A DNA stretch of 64,000 bases from Phoronis australis (taxonomy: Eukaryota; Animalia; Phoronida), in the NCBI GenBank assembly GCA_002633005.1, contig NMRA01000182.1, forward strand, positions 319,077 through 383,076. Direction: 5' to 3'. Position numbers and translations under genes: made by a program. Each line of letters opens with the position of its first letter. The stretch's first letter is position 1. Of this stretch, positions 14,201-27,739 are shown piece after piece. The notes beneath the pieces were generated by a model that had not been told where the DNA came from, made no database searches, and was given only the letters and a program-made list of their open reading frames with translations.

Positions 14201-14285
14201 CCCTTCTTTAAGTTCCCTCAACAGCAAGCTTGAATCGAGTCGTGTCTCCTCCAATGCTTCACCAAAAGCAAATGCAAATACTTAA
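2286..14285 (+). CDS. PRDM2: PR/SET-domain zinc-finger protein, PRDM2 (RIZ)-like; 5' exon(s) not identified, probably upstream of the window
   Basis: Exons 2286-2392, 3378-3536, 5130-5199, 5635-8118, 10246-10408, 11396-14285 join in frame via GT-AG. PR domain GVW..FGPFVG..WE/IDATDPSKSNWMRHV..QNL..IYYR/GEELLVWY; ~11 C2H2/C2HC fingers; PRDM2-type motifs CKKKFGTYANMCRHRILQHER, IASNLSYYIDGK, CTKC..LHGHIITCA, CKRVFSYNGSFKKHVAESCP. Confidence 0.85.
3744..3905. mobile_element. short MITE with CAGGGGC...GCCATTG termini (hAT-like)
   Basis: CAGGGGCAGCTCC start, AAATCCGCCATTG end, poly-G/poly-C subterminal tracts, GCATC on both flanks. Confidence 0.6.
8431..9631 (+). mobile_element. Helentron-associated (HINE/DINE-like) non-autonomous element with internal ~150-bp repeats carrying CTCF-like motifs
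   Basis: 5' hairpin ATGTGCCCACATAT-tt-ATATGTGGTCGCAT (8435-8464); 3' subterminal inverted copy TGTGGGCGCAT (~9596-9606); end CTCTTGTT; T-rich flanks; motifs at 8606, 8750, 8906, 9055, 9203, 9366, 9403, 9528; related copies elsewhere in the window. Confidence 0.7.
9761..9929. repeat. 20-bp minisatellite (TACCAATTTTAYCCCTACCA), ~8 copies, truncated by N at 9930
   Basis: Tandem units directly visible. Confidence 0.95.
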
Positions 14286-16026
14286 ATATGGAGATCCAAT
14301 GCAGTGTCAACACGCACTCAAGAGTGCACAGAATACATCCAGGGTAATTTGTGTACTTTACTTTAGCTCTTGTTGGGTAACTGCTCACAAGTAAAATGTT
14401 TCAGAAATAAAATCATCAGTTTTGTACAGTTCATACCAAAATGGTTGTAACGAAATCTCCAATATGAAGGTTTAAGTACATGTATGAGCAATTTAAATTA
14501 GATGTAAAAGTTGTAGATGTAGCGAGGTTTGTTTAGTGAGAAGGTGTAATGGTTAAAGCATAGTGTGAACAGTCAGCACATTATTTTGTAAAAGTCGCAA
14601 TGCATTGTGTATATGGAATAAATTCAAAGGCACTGACCAAGAACTTTGGCTATAACAGTTGCAATTGACAATGTGAATGGTAGCGATTAAATAAGTGGTA
14701 TGTTGAGAAGTTATACCCTGTGACGTTGGTTTGAATACAAAATTTGCCCTGAAGTTTTGAGTATGCTTTGACAAAGCACTGAAGACAACAGTGAAAGGGA
14801 GGGTGGTGATTGACTCTCCAAAAGTGGAGACTGTAGGAGTATTGGACACCACTGTAAAGTTGTCTAGGAGAGAAGATCCTATGACTGACAATAATTCATA
14901 CTAATGAATATTTCCATAAGATTTCATTTTGTGGAAATGAGTTATTTTAAATAGGGCAAAATATAATTGATCTCGATATTTTTGCATGTGTACATACAAG
15001 ATATGGTGTTTTTCACTCGTAAGAGCTCAGGGTTCTGTCAGGCTTGTGTTTCTTAGTCATATAATTTTAGCTGTGGTTTTGGTCACATGATTTGTAGAAT
15101 GATGTTGCATTATATGAACCACCAGTAGTCTGTTGCTTTGCCACCCACGACACTAAAAGCTGTGTTTCCCAGTGTAAACACCCTAGGCATTAACCTGGAC
15201 AGATAACATAGATTGGAAGAACCTTAAATCCTATCTTCAACGGTAGCACCTGTAAATTTGGTTCATACAGTATGTTAAGAGCATTGCTCTGAGCCAACTA
15301 GTGCCATAAATTACCAAATGTAATGAAATGTTAGGTGTATTGGCTTGCTTTTGTCGATGTCACCGCAAGAATCGCCTTTTCATTCAAACAGCTGCGAATA
15401 ACACGTGCATGCAATGGTGTTCTATTCAAACCCCTACTCAATACAACTGTTATCGCCCTTTTTGTTGTTTGTGGTAGGATCTCACGGTGACGCAGCATAG
15501 CATGAAAAGGCAGCTTCACCTATCGTTTGACAGGCTTACATTTGCGTGATTGAAATCGCGTTTTCTTATTTTACTAAGGCTTTGCTAGGACTATCTTGTT
15601 AGCTCAATACATCTAAAATAACAAAATTCCGTTGAAGTTAGGCTTTAACAGTGGCGCGAATCCACAAGCACTGCTCATCACAGTGTCCTTCACCTACCCA
15701 TCTTGTTGCTATTCACAGAGATCTTCAGTACCTGGGGCCACTTTTTGCAAGTTTAGTATTACTGACTGTAGACTATTCATAGAGTGCAGTGCCAATTTGC
15801 TCAATTTGACAACTCAACATGGACAAGACTGCACCAACTGCCTCAGTTTCTAACATTCTTCCTGTTTTTAATAGAAACCTTCTTATCAAAATGTTTAATC
15901 TCACTGAAACGCATGTTTCTTTGTTGTGTTATGAGCATGTTTCTCTTGTACAGTTATTTGCATCGGGTGGTGCAGTAGTCATTTTGTTTATGACTTGTTT
16001 CTTCTGTTCTCTTTTGTATGACTTAC

Positions 16027-16032
16027 AATAAA
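16027..16032 (+). terminator. candidate polyadenylation signal of PRDM2
   Basis: AATAAA after a T/GT-rich 3' region, ~1.7 kb downstream of the stop codon. Confidence 0.45.
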
Positions 16033-16053
16033 ACATACTCTTAAAACCGTTTG

Positions 16054-16059
16054 TTTATT
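16054..16059 (-). terminator. candidate polyadenylation signal of MRPL20
   Basis: TTTATT (AATAAA on minus) ~430 bp past the MRPL20 stop. Confidence 0.4.
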
Positions 16060-16487
16060 ATCTAAGTTTCAACTGGAAACACAACGAAATCAACGCTGTG
16101 TACAAATGGATAAATTCCTGAATGTAAAGCTTTTGTAAGTTACATGACTGCACGTTTACACAAGAGAATTGTATAATGATTTGGAGAGATGCAGGGCACG
16201 TAGCCTGAAATCATTTTATAATGCCTGCTGGCTACACTTTTATGGTCATCTTTGGTTGACACAGAATGCAGCTAGAATTGGAAGCTTTCCGTTAACACAA
16301 ACACATGATGTCCCCATAACTCCAGTCCATGTATTTCAAATTTGGTGCTGCCCTTTTAACACTAACCATGTGGTGGCAGCAACATAGAGCCATCCCTAAT
16401 AAAGATCTTCCGCGCGATTCCTTGGGGGTGGTTGCTAGACTCGTGTAAACTCCAGTTCACTGTTGTATTACAAGCCACGCAGAAGTA

Positions 16488-19400
16488 TCAAAGCATTCCT
16501 CGTGTTACCACATTATCCGATGTTTGAAGTCCTGCCGTTGTCAGACCCTGTTCGGCCTTGTACTTCTTCGCAACTTCACATAAACTCTGAATTTTTCAAA
16601 GAAAATTGAACCATGAAACAAAAATTACACAATGCACTGGTTGGAAAACACAATCACAGTCATGTTGAATATTAATTAAAATGTCCCATTAATTTGTCAA
16701 AATGTTTCAATCATATGCAACAAGCATAATGGGTTTTATTTCCAAGAATTTGCAGAAAAAAAATCACAGGATTGACAGAAAAACTTGCATAAGTCAGATC
16801 CAATGAGACCAAGAGATTTCAGCCAAGTAAGACAAAATCCAAATTATCTGAAGGGCCGATTGTAGGCACTAGAATACCGTATTGCTGAACTTTGTACGAC
16901 TTACGCAAATTTTAATGTATTAGGAACAATAATGTAAATAGTAATACATACCTTAAATGTTCTTGGTTCGTAAATAGCAAGATCTGTTAGCACCTTTTTA
17001 TTAAGGAGAATATTAGACTGAAATACAAACAAAAAGTTAAAAGGCCTTCTCCAATCAACTAACAAACTTGTAACACATGTCATGGGGACATTTAAGAACA
17101 AAAGCAGCAGTGTAGACAAGAAAAAGTAGACCAATTTCAACTAAACTGGTCGAAGCAAAGGTAAAAAAAACAGAAAGAAACCAGACAAAAAGCACATCAT
17201 CAACAAAATAAATCAGAAAATTTTCAAGCGAAATTACGCCAATTTTCAACCTTTATTGAAAACTATTGTACGCATGATCAGGGCTAGGGATCATGCTTCA
17301 CCATGCCACAGATTTACAATGCAGCAAAAAGTGAACAAAAAACTGCAGGTCGGATAAAAGATAATGAAAACTGATTCCTGTTTATGATAAAGTTAACAAT
17401 TGTTAACTGAAAGAACTTCCCACCCAAAGTCTTGAAAGTTACAGAGGAAGAAAAAAAGTACATTTACCACAAGAGGGCACTGTAGTCAATATAAGTTGAG
17501 TACTTGTCAACAAGAACACACATAATAAATTCCACAACTGCAGATAGTGAGGAAGGCACAAAAAACGAAAGTGCCACTACGGGGAATAGCAGAAGCCCCG
17601 TTAGTCCGAAAATGAACAAAAGCCATCTAATAGCCATGATATCGTCACTTCCAAAACTTATCTGTTGAATAGGTGACTTTGGAAATGGTTGCACCAGTTG
17701 GCCAGATGGTGATCAGGTCTTTGGTAGACATGCGTTCAGCACCACCTACAGATGGGGACGGGAGGTTTCACCCTACTGGTATAAAAAGCATTTTTAAAAC
17801 GCCTTTCCTGCCATATTGCCGGCGATGAGATGTTCTAATGTATTACGAAAAAAGGAAAACCTTTTGAAATACCAATTAATGAACAAGGACATCGTGCGAA
17901 GAAATATCTGTGACAAAGCCAGTGGCTATGGCTGATAAAGCAGGAGAATTTCAATCCCACAAAGTGTCAAAAAGCTATAATAAATTAGCAAACTTAAACT
18001 ACTCCCCAATGGGAGGGATGACAGTGGAATTTATTCGCCTGCTTTTATGTTAATAGATCAGTATATACTTATTGAACTTCTGTCCACCATGCTCTTCTTA
18101 CTCACGAGAGCACCAAGACGAAAAGTCCGCTATTTCACAACAATCCATCACCAAACTTGAGGCAGGCACAAAAATCTAAAACTGCCTGGCCAGTAGGGTG
18201 CAAAGTATTATCAGGACACGTTCAAAAATCATCATTAACCATGCTCTTGTCAACAAGAACATATACCTTCATGACGAATCTTCAAATCATTTGGCTGACG
18301 GAGAGACAGGTGTCAAATGATGAAACCAACTGAAAACATCCAATCCAAACAGTGCCAAGTTTCGTACAGATCCAACAACACACTTGGCACATATAAAAGC
18401 AATAGCAGAAAAATGAACTTGCAACTAGATGACACAGCAGGTGGCACATTTGTCGGAAAATAATCTTCATTCGTTGCCACGTTCACAGGAACACATATGC
18501 TGAATGTCATGAAGACTCTGTGTGAATTTTAGGAGATACAGCTGTGGATGCGAGATAACGAGAGCATGTACCCACAATTGTAACTGTGAGCGCGTAATGA
18601 GAAATAAAAGGAAATGAAATTTTCACTTCACTAAAATTCTAAAATGTTATACAATACCAAAAAATGACTATTTTGGTGTCTGGCCAATGGACCAATCATC
18701 TATGTATTTGAACTTAAGTATGACAGAAAAAAGAACATTTTTCGACTTGCAATAGCAGACAAAAGTTTTACAACCACTGTTCACCTTATGTAATGCCTCG
18801 TCCATCATTGGCCAAGTGATTCCATGTTCCATACAGCCTGCATTCAGTCGAGTCATCCACAACTACAAACAACACAACAGCTTAGTAATAATACATAATT
18901 TGACGAAAATTATAACTACACCAAGCGGGATGCCAGAAGGGCTCAAGTACTGCCCCTTAGCAGAGACTGCGATGCAATACATAAAACCAAGTGATTTCTG
19001 GACTTGGAAAAAATCAACGGTTTGTCATTTCTTCAGACCAACCCCATAATCCTTCAGGTCATGGCGTGACCAAAAATTTTTTTAAGGTTTAATCTGAAGA
19101 AACAGTGATCTTCCAGTTCTTTCAAAGCACAGAATCATGTCCAATTTCATTAACTTAAGGAATAATTTGAGAACAACTTCATTATGGCAAGTGCCTCTGT
19201 GTTGGAAGGCAGGTTTGTAACCACTTTAAATGCCTTTTTTACACAAAACCACCATACCAATAAACTTTGCAAACAAAAATAAGTGAAGAATCAACACAAT
19301 CGTAATGTTGATATGACCAATACTCATTTGTAAGTTAAGGCAAACCCATATGCTCACTAATATTATCCAAATTGCTCTCCGAACTAGAGCATTGAGCATT

Positions 19401-22400
19401 TGGGCACAGGGATGAACTAATTAACCAGCCACCAGGTGTCAGTCTAAGTAGCATCACCATCCAATGGACTGAGGAGTGTGGTCAGGTGATGTAAATAAAC
19501 CCCCAATGACCAACAGACATTTTCCTCAGGCATTTTTAGACATGACAAATGCGAGCATTAGTGCATTTCGAGGCAAAATGGCTAAAAAGATGTCAATGGC
19601 CACTGTGTAATAAGATTAGAAATATCCTGATTGTTTGACTATGAAATAGAATTTATTACATTTCCAAAGTGATTAGAACCTAAGAAATATCAGGGGGGGG
19701 GGAATGCCACGGTTATGCATGCTAGCAAGTACAAAACAAGTGTTGAATGTGAGAATTGTCCATGGAAACTTACCATTTGCATGCATACACAAATTTAGTA
19801 AGTAGATCTTGATTTGTTAACTGATTTCTCATAGAGATGACACTCGAAACAAACAGCATTTTCATAAAATCATGAAGTGGCGATGATTTATGGATAACCC
19901 TTTTAAAGCTTCAGGAAAGTCCCGTTACATTTCTTCATGTTGCCAGTACCAATAGTGTGAGTGTTGCTAAGTTGTTAAACGACAAAGACCCAACCTTTGA
20001 CATGTCTTTCTTCTTCAATTTCCTTCCTTCAGTGGCATAAACAAGTGCTCTGGTCACATATCGCATAGCAATCCTAACACAGTTCCTTCTTCGCCCAAAA
20101 AATTTCTAAAACAAAACAAAACTTTATATTGAAACGTACAGAATACCTTTCCATAGAGCTAAGAACAACAAACAGTTGTAAACACCCAACAACAACAAAA
20201 ACAACAACAAAAAGTGCTGCATGTCTGGAGAACAACAAGTCCTAATATAAACCTTCAGTCAATTTTTTTCATTTAGACCACATACCCCATAATAGAATTG
20301 TTCACAAATTGTTCTTTATTCAGATCAGAACTGATTTCTGGTGGGCCGTAGAAGATGTGACAGAACATTAATGCTTGATTTATCAACTGACCAGCCTGAT
20401 GACCAGCCTGATGACCAGCCTGATGAAGTTAAATTTTTGACACTCACATCATTCAACCATGACAACTATGTGGCTTTCAGGCCAGCCTGTTAGTCTCACA
20501 TTATATTTGTTGGAAAGACAATGGAATGAATGGACCTGATTCATAAACTTGTGCACATTATAGATACCCAAGTCCCAAAAAACAAACGAGATAGGGGTGG
20601 GAATGAAAACCACAAACTTGCAGCTTTCGACATGTTCATGCTCCAACTTGAGCTGCAGAATAATGGTAAATAATTTACTTTACTCAACGAATAGTGTAGT
20701 TTTCAATGACACTAATTTTTTGTCAGATTTTATTTGACAAAATTTTTACCCACACTATATCGGCATAAGGCTGTGTATTCATTTAGTCAGTATTAGTATA
20801 ACAGAGGGCAACCAGCAGGACGCCGCCCAGGGGGTATTTGTGAAATAACAGCCAAAGGTCATGAGACAAGGGTTTAGACGTAAAATCTTGTTGTCACTAT
20901 GAAAAATGGCAGAGAGCATTGGAAGCCGCCATTACAACTGCATAGTTGATAAAAACACTACAAATACTTCCGAAATACCTCATCTAGCAGGGAGGTGGGC
21001 TGGCCGAGCAGGGGCAGTGAAAATAAATCATACCTTGGGCCTGTAGAAAGTCATAAAGCAATGCAGTGAGTTTGACACAAAATTCAAATATGACTTTTGT
21101 ACGGCTGTAACCGTTATTAACGTTCCTGAGTGGACTGAAAATATGGCAGACGGATAGTTGAAAATTCTCACTTCAATTTTTTTCTTTCAAACTCGCCATT
21201 TTTAACATTGTTCGTGGCTGGTGCATGAATTCATATTCCCTGACATGCACAGTGTAAAAATAGCCAGTTACCAATTTTGGGAACTGAACGAGGGACTGCT
21301 CGAAGAAAAAGTTTGATAACGGGAGTATTTGTTCCAGTTGGAAGGAATTAAATATATCGACAACCTCCTAGTCAACATAGGCCAGGGTGTCCCTATATCT
21401 ATGCGCAAAAGGTATTTATAACAACGTGACTTTGATGTTGTAGTAATAGCCGAGATCACCCGACCCGAACCAGCAACCCTCATAAAACCGGCAAGCATGC
21501 TAACCATTCAGCTAATATGCAATTGCCCGTCAGCGAGTGGCTACCAAAGGCTCATATATGATTCACCAGAAGCACGTCTACAACAATGTTTTAGTCAATG
21601 TGAGGCACAATTCGCTCCAATAGGAGCTACACTGTCTCTACTGGCGGTGGTCACTGTAGTCAGCTAGTCTTCATACAGCTGGCTGGCTTGCTATAACTTA
21701 CTTATATAGTCTAGGTATAGCATGCCTAGCCCTATATCATATACACTCCGAAACCCTATAGTCGTCCGCCTAAGCATAAAACCGGCTTGTTGTCTTACTC
21801 ACCCAATTATTCCACTTCAAAGTTATGATCTGAATAGGACTTGATTTAACTCTCACAAATATATAGTATTCGTTGATTCAAACGTTTTCTTTTACTTAAG
21901 CCGAGTTGTTCAACTGTGCATTGGTTTTCGGCAGCCATTTTATAATGACACCTATGGTCGTCATGTGCTGCCGCCTTTTGAAAGGACAGAAAACCACACA
22001 GAAAAAGGCCAAGAAAATAGTGGAAAGTGGTTTACAGCAACTCTACTTCAACCACAAACTGTTTTACTGGTATGATATCGATTTTTAAATCGATTAAAAT
22101 TGATTTAGAATTTCAGTTCTGGAAAATAAATCACAATTGTTTTATTCCAGGCAGACCTTACTTATTTTGTATTTNCTTGTGCACATTATTGATACCCAAG
22201 TCCCAAAAAACAGACGAGATTGGGGTGGGAATGAAAACCACAAACTTGCAGCTTTCGACACGTTCATGCTACAACTTGAGCTGCAGAATAACAGTAAATA
22301 ATTTACTTTACTCAACGAAGAGTGTAGTTTTCAATGACACTAATTTTTTGTCAGATTTTATTTGACAAAATTTTTACCCACACCACATCGGCGTAAGGCT

Positions 22401-23524
22401 GTGTATTCATTTAGTCTGTATTAGTATAACAGAGGGCAACCAGCAGGACGCCGCCCATGGGCTATACGTGAAATAACAGCCAAAGGTCATGAGACATGGG
22501 TTTAGACGTAACATCTTGTTGTCACTATGAAAAATGGCAGAGAGTATTGGAAGCCGCCATTACAACTGCATAGTTGATAAAAACACTACAAATACTTCCG
22601 AAATACCTCATCTAGCAGGGAGATGGGCTGGCCGAGCAGGGGCAGTGAAAATAAATCATACCTTGGGCCTGTAGAAAGTCATAAAGCAATGCAGTGAGTT
22701 TGACACAAAATTCAAATATGATTTTTGTACGGCTGTAACCGTTATTAACGTTCCTGAGTGGACTGAAAATAAGGCAGACGGATAGTTGAAAATTCTCACT
22801 TCAATTTTTTTCTTTCAAACTCGCCATTTTTAACATTGTACGTGGCTGGTGCATGAATTCATATTCCCTGGCATGCACAGTGTAAAAATAGCCAGTTACC
22901 AATTTTGGGAACTGAACGAGGGACTGCTCGAAGAAAAAGTTTGACAACGGGAGTATTTGTTCCAGTTGGAAGGAATTAAATATATCAACAACCTCCTAAG
23001 GTGTCCCTATATCTATGCGCAAAAGGTATTTATAACATCGTGACTTTGATGTTGTAGTAATAGCCGAGATTACCCGACCCGGGGATCTAACCAGCAACCC
23101 CCATAAAACCGGCAAGCATGCTAACCATTCAGCTAATACGCAATTGCCCGTCAGCGAGTGGCTAGCAAAGGCTCATCCGGAAGCACGTCTACAACTATGT
23201 TTTAGTCAATGTGAGGCACAATTCGCTCCAATAGGAGCTACACTGTCTCTACTGGCGGTGTTCACTGTAGTCAGCTAGTCTTCATACAGCTGCCTGGCTT
23301 GCTATAACTTACTTATATAGTCTAGGTATAGCATGCCTAGCCCTATCATGGCTATGGGCATGGCGACGGCGTAGCCTTATACCGTAGTTTACAACTTTCT
23401 TTGCAGACGCAAACACGGTCGCTTCAGACTAACTTACACCAGACATTCTAAGAATTTGCTGTCTTCTCCAAAATCTGTCAGGACCCGGATTTCTCACAAG
23501 TCGTATACTTGTAAGGAACACCAT
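16488..23524 (-). CDS. MRPL20: mitochondrial ribosomal protein bL20m (MRPL20), 146 aa
   Basis: Exons 23524-23438 (MVFLTSIRLVRNPGPDRFWRRQQILRMSG), 20105-19995 (KFFGRRRNCVRIAMRYVTRALVYATEGRKLKKKDMSK), 18862-18785 (LWMTRLNAGCMEHG..), 17017-16952 (SNILLNKKVLTDLAIYEPRTFK), 16586-16488 (SLCEVAK..VVTRGML*). All phase-0 GT-AG introns; L20 signature LNxKVLxDLAIYEPxTF. Confidence 0.95.
18060..18600 (-). mobile_element. degenerate reverse-oriented copy of the HINE-like CTCF-motif family, in MRPL20 intron 3
   Basis: Reverse complement contains family blocks GCTGTATCTCCTAAA, ATGTGTTCCTGTGAACGTGGCAACGAATGAAGATTATTTTCCGAC, GTGCCACCTGCTG and CATGGTGG. Boundaries approximate. Confidence 0.55.
20548..23346. 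repeat. near-identical tandem duplication (20548-21735 vs 22176-23346), probably uncollapsed haplotypes
   Basis: Second copy starts immediately after the single N at 22175; scattered SNPs/indels; first copy runs into a transposon end. Confidence 0.85.
21744..22174 (-). mobile_element. one arm of the TA-flanked DNA transposon, truncated by contig join
   Basis: 21744-22043 is the near-exact reverse complement of 25131-25430; begins TA|CACTCCGAAACCC; absent from the second copy of the duplication. Confidence 0.8.
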
Positions 23525-23571
23525 GGCTACTCCTATCGCGTACGAAAATAATTTAGTATTTTTACATGGGG

Positions 23572-23583
23572 GCGGCCATTTTT
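23572..23583 (-). promoter_or_regulatory. YY1-type motif (AAAATGGCCGC on minus) ~50 bp upstream of the MRPL20 ATG
   Basis: GCGGCCATTTTT on plus; this motif class is typical near housekeeping TSSs. Confidence 0.4.
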
Positions 23584-24365
23584 GATTGAAAAATAACGTC
23601 ATTTCGATAGCTATTCTTTCTTACAAATAGTCTTCAAAACAATATTTTTAATGTTATTTTTGTTGAATATGATCAACATAGAGAGTCATATAATTGTGTT
23701 GTTGAGGTATTTTTTTATTAAAGAATGCGATGTAAGAATCACGTGATAAAAATTAGGTCATTATTGCCCTATACCGGTGCATCTGGAAGACGAGCAGTCC
23801 ACAACTGTTAAGGTATATGCGGTCCAAAAGGGCCGGAGGAGATTGTCATTCTTTCTAATTTGTTTAAAAAAATTCTGTCAGATTTATATGTTTTAGTGAA
23901 TGGGTTGTTAAGAACTTCAAAACCTTGATTTTGCAATAATTGCTGAGTCAGGGCAAGTGCACTGGCCAGTTCAGACGATATTGAATCACTGAATCAGTGC
24001 TTCTGTCTCAACTGGCTCTAGTGGAGGCGATGCATGCAGGGATATACCTCAGCCTCAAAACCCCGATCGTCAGCAGGGTGACTGTGCCAAAAAATCAAGC
24101 TGCCCAGCCCAAAGCTAAGTTGCCCGTTTCGCAGTGGTCACAACAAACAAACTTACCGTCCCAAATTCAAGAACCACCAGAAAAATGGCAAAATTTTTTG
24201 AAAATTAATCAGGTCCGCAATTCTGGAATTGGGGTGATATGATACGAGCTGTATATGTTTCAATATGTCTTTTATACTCTTGAAATGTCACCAGATCAAC
24301 TTAACAAACTTTGTGTTGGAAAAACAAATTTATTTTTCATGTAAGAGATCCCGGACAATGTTGTA

Positions 24366-25430
24366 TAGTCCGATTACCTCTCGTCGTCAGTCTCCAAAGG
24401 TCGTCCGCCATCTTGTTTCGCGTGCAGCGCTGCCACGCGGGACTTAGCGTTCCAATTTGGAACGCTCGTCTGCACGTTAGGTACTAACCTCTCGGGAGAA
24501 ACACGCGTGGAAGAACTGAGACTAAAATTAATGCATTTACCGACTGTTTTTTTGAGACCACTTAAAAACTTGTTGATTTTACTAATGCACTTTTTTGTTC
24601 ATTTTCAGAAGATATTTTCNNNNNNNNNNNNNNNNNNNNNNNNNNNNNNNNNNNNNNNNNNNNNNNNNNNNNNNNNNNNNNNNNNNNNNNNNNNNNNNNN
24701 NNNNNNNNNNNNNNNNNNNNNNNNNNNNNNNNNNNNNNNNNNNNNNNNNNNNNNNNNNNNNNNNNNNNNNNNNNNNNNNNNNNNNNNNNNNNNNNNNNNN
24801 NNNNNNNNNNNNNNNNNNNNNNNNNNNNNNNNNNNNNNNNNNNNNNNNNNNNNNNNNNNNNNNNNNNNNNNNNNNNNNNNNNNNNNNNNNNNNNNNNNNN
24901 NNNNNNNNNNNNNNNNNNNNNNNNNNNNNNNNNNNNNNNNNNNNNNNNNNNNNNNNNNNNNNNNNNNNNNNNNNNNNNNNNNNNNNNNNNNNNNNNNNNN
25001 NNNNNNNNNNNNNNNNNNNNNNNNNNNNNNNNNNNNNNNNNNNNNNNNNNNNNNNNNNNNNNNNNNNNNNNNNNNNNNNNNNNNNNNNNNNNNNNNNNNN
25101 NNNNNNNNNNNNNNNNNNNNNNNNNNNNNNGAGTTGCTGTAAACCACTTTCCACTATTTTCTTGGCCTTTTTCTGTGTGGTTTTCTGTCCTTTCAAAAGG
25201 CGGCAGCACATGACGACCATAGGTGTCATTATAAAATGGCTGCCGAAAACCAATGCACAGTTGAACAACTCGGCTTAAGTAAAAGAAAACGTTTGAATCA
25301 ACGAATACTATATATTTGTGAGAGTTAAATCAAGTCCTATTCAGATCATAACTTTGAAGTGGAATAATTGGGTGAGTAAGACAACAAGCCGGTTTTATGC
25401 TTAGGCGGACGACTATAGGGTTTCGGAGTG
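24366..25430 (+). mobile_element. TA-flanked DNA transposon (Tc1/mariner-pogo-like, probably non-autonomous) with imperfect 28-bp TIRs, spanning the assembly gap
   Basis: TA|TAGTCCGATTACCTCTCGTCGTCAGTCT ... AGGCGGACGACTATAGGGTTTCGGAGTG|TA, 19/28 identity between ends. Left arm recurs at 45490, right arm inverted at 21744. Confidence 0.7.
24620..25130. other. assembly gap (511 N)
   Basis: Run of N. Confidence 1.
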
Positions 25431-27380
25431 TATTATGGGACTGGTCGTTCCCGGTGTTTCCGCTCACTGTCCCGTTAGACAATCATCACGACTTGGAAAT
25501 GTCGTCAAGTAACAGCCTGTTTCAATGAGCGTCTCATTTTTATCACGAAGCATAGTAAAGATGAAAATGACAACCCTATCAATCGCCAAGCAATATCTCT
25601 AGCTTACGACTTGTCTTTCAGCAGAGTAGTTTCGAGTCGTGAAGAATTTTGTCGAGGTCTTGTTTCTGTCAATTACAAAGTATTGTTGGCAATGTAACGT
25701 GTACTCCTGCGATTCAAGTATGGGAACGAAATATGCGTGTACAACACTCCAAAGCTACATCAAAAGAGAACAGTGACAGTGCTATGAAAAGAGTACTGGC
25801 TTGGCTGTGTTAAGCACCAATTTTCCACTCTCTGGGTCGTCAGTTGACCACATCGTATATTTTTGAGGTTCAATTGGAAACAAAATTATTCCAGGTGTCT
25901 AAAAAGGGTAGGCGGTAAAGATATTCCCCAATGCAGTCACATGACATTGTATAGGCGGAGTTTGCCACACAGAATCGTATATTTCTTACAATTGCAGTCT
26001 TCCAATTTTTATTACCACTAACATTCAGTTTAAAAACCATGCTCACATAAGTTGGAGTTCCAAAATTTGGGCTGCAAACAAAAGGAAGTAGCTTGTTGCG
26101 CACTTAGAGTTATTTGTCTATGACGACTTTGTTGACCATCATATGGCAGTTCAGTCCTGGAAAAGTCGCAGGTATTTTTCCAACGTGTATTTTCTCCTAT
26201 TTCAAGTTGCATTCATAGCTACTCGAATATATGTGTCGGTTAGAGAGTGCTCTTTCAACTTTTGCGTCAGCAGGTAAGTTGCCTGAGAGTAAGATGATGG
26301 CCTACAAAGTTTCGAAATCGCATGCCCATTCAAGTTCTTCACATAGCTTGTTACAAAATAAAACATCGCCAATATTTCTTTGTTCCCGGTAAGCCCTGAG
26401 TATTGTTTTCACAAAAACATGTTGTACTCACTGTGACCTTTCGCTCAGTCGAATCGTTTAATATCCACTGGCTCGGTTCGAGCGCACTGCGTCGATTTTT
26501 TTTTACTGCTGGAACACCGAGATGCGGACTAAAATTAACCTTAAATTCAAGATAAAAACACGTGGAAGAGAAAAAAATGTTTATTTGGACTCTGCAAAAT
26601 TCTGGGGAACTACAGCTGTGTTCTGAAAATTCGCTCACCTCCTGGGCGACTGGCCAGTGATCTTCTACTCGCTGTTTCTAGTCGTATTTGCAACTAGGCA
26701 AGTGGCTAAGTATATCCCTGTGTCATGGACTAAAACTGGTGATTGTTCGAATGGTTTAGCTTATTTTTTGCCAAAGAACCTCTATGAGAGGCCCGACCAC
26801 ACAGTCAGTGTCAGTAGTTAGGTAGTTTCGTTCTGTGCATTTCTGATAAAACTTTTTGTTTAATTGCCATGTTCATATATTTTACAGTTTCATGAGAGAG
26901 CTATAATTTGTTTATGACACAATGAATGCATGGGTGACTAGTCTTAGTGAGGTCTAGGGTGATTTTGTTCATGCTGGATTTCATATGATACCTGCAGAGG
27001 GATAAGTTCAGCCCCAGATTTTACTCTCTGGAGAATATATTTAGCATTGTGTATAAGTCGTCTTTACACAGCTTTGTCCTGAGGTTAATTCCAGCTAAGG
27101 ATATCAAATATGCCTGCTTGAAAAAGTGGGCATTGTTGTGGTCTTTTCAGAAAGTTTTATTGTGAATAGCTATTGACAGGCACAATTTTTCACAAATGTT
27201 GATCACAGACAGATTAAGTTATATGGCAATTCCTGGAAAATCTATTTCAGGTTTCATGATATCATTGTGCCATATTTGTGTATACAGCTACAATTCTCCT
27301 TGAGTGGGTCTGTGCTTTGTATGGAGATTCCTTTTCATGCGATGTCAATGACTTTGTGAGCGTCATCAGTTTGGTGAAAN

Positions 27381-27539
27381 TGTACCAAACCGCTCTAAAG
27401 CCACGTTGTAAATGATTGTGGTGAAACTCTCGATCTTCTTTTCTACGCTGCCCATCAAAGTTGTCTTCATGATGTTGTGCACATCCCCATGAAAAGCCTT
27501 CCATGCTGATTCTTCCGTCATCTTTGGCCATTTCACTCT
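27381..27539 (-). mobile_element. non-LTR retrotransposon fragment (RLE-type, HERO/NeSL-like, region N-terminal to RT)
   Basis: Minus-strand frame RVKWPKMTEESAWKAFHGDVHNIMKTTLMGSVEKKIESFTTIIYNVALERFGT fits the recalled KWP..W..F..D......G....I.....ERFG motif; cut by N at 27380. Confidence 0.6.
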
Positions 27540-27739
27540 CTTCCTTCTTCAGTAATTAGGTATTTACACTACTTTTATCATTTTCGGCTTGAACTAGGGA
27601 CAAAAACAATAGCTCACATTGCATCTGTATCTGCCAAACTGCTTGAAGTATAAATAAGAAAATTGGTAGACGAGTTCCTACTGGGAAGAGTAGGGCTGAG
27701 GTTACTTTTCAGATGACTCTAACTACTGTGGAACTCCGT

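Noticed and set aside
24507-25278. Long ORFs across 24.5-25.3 kb
   Set aside because: They are translations of the N gap.
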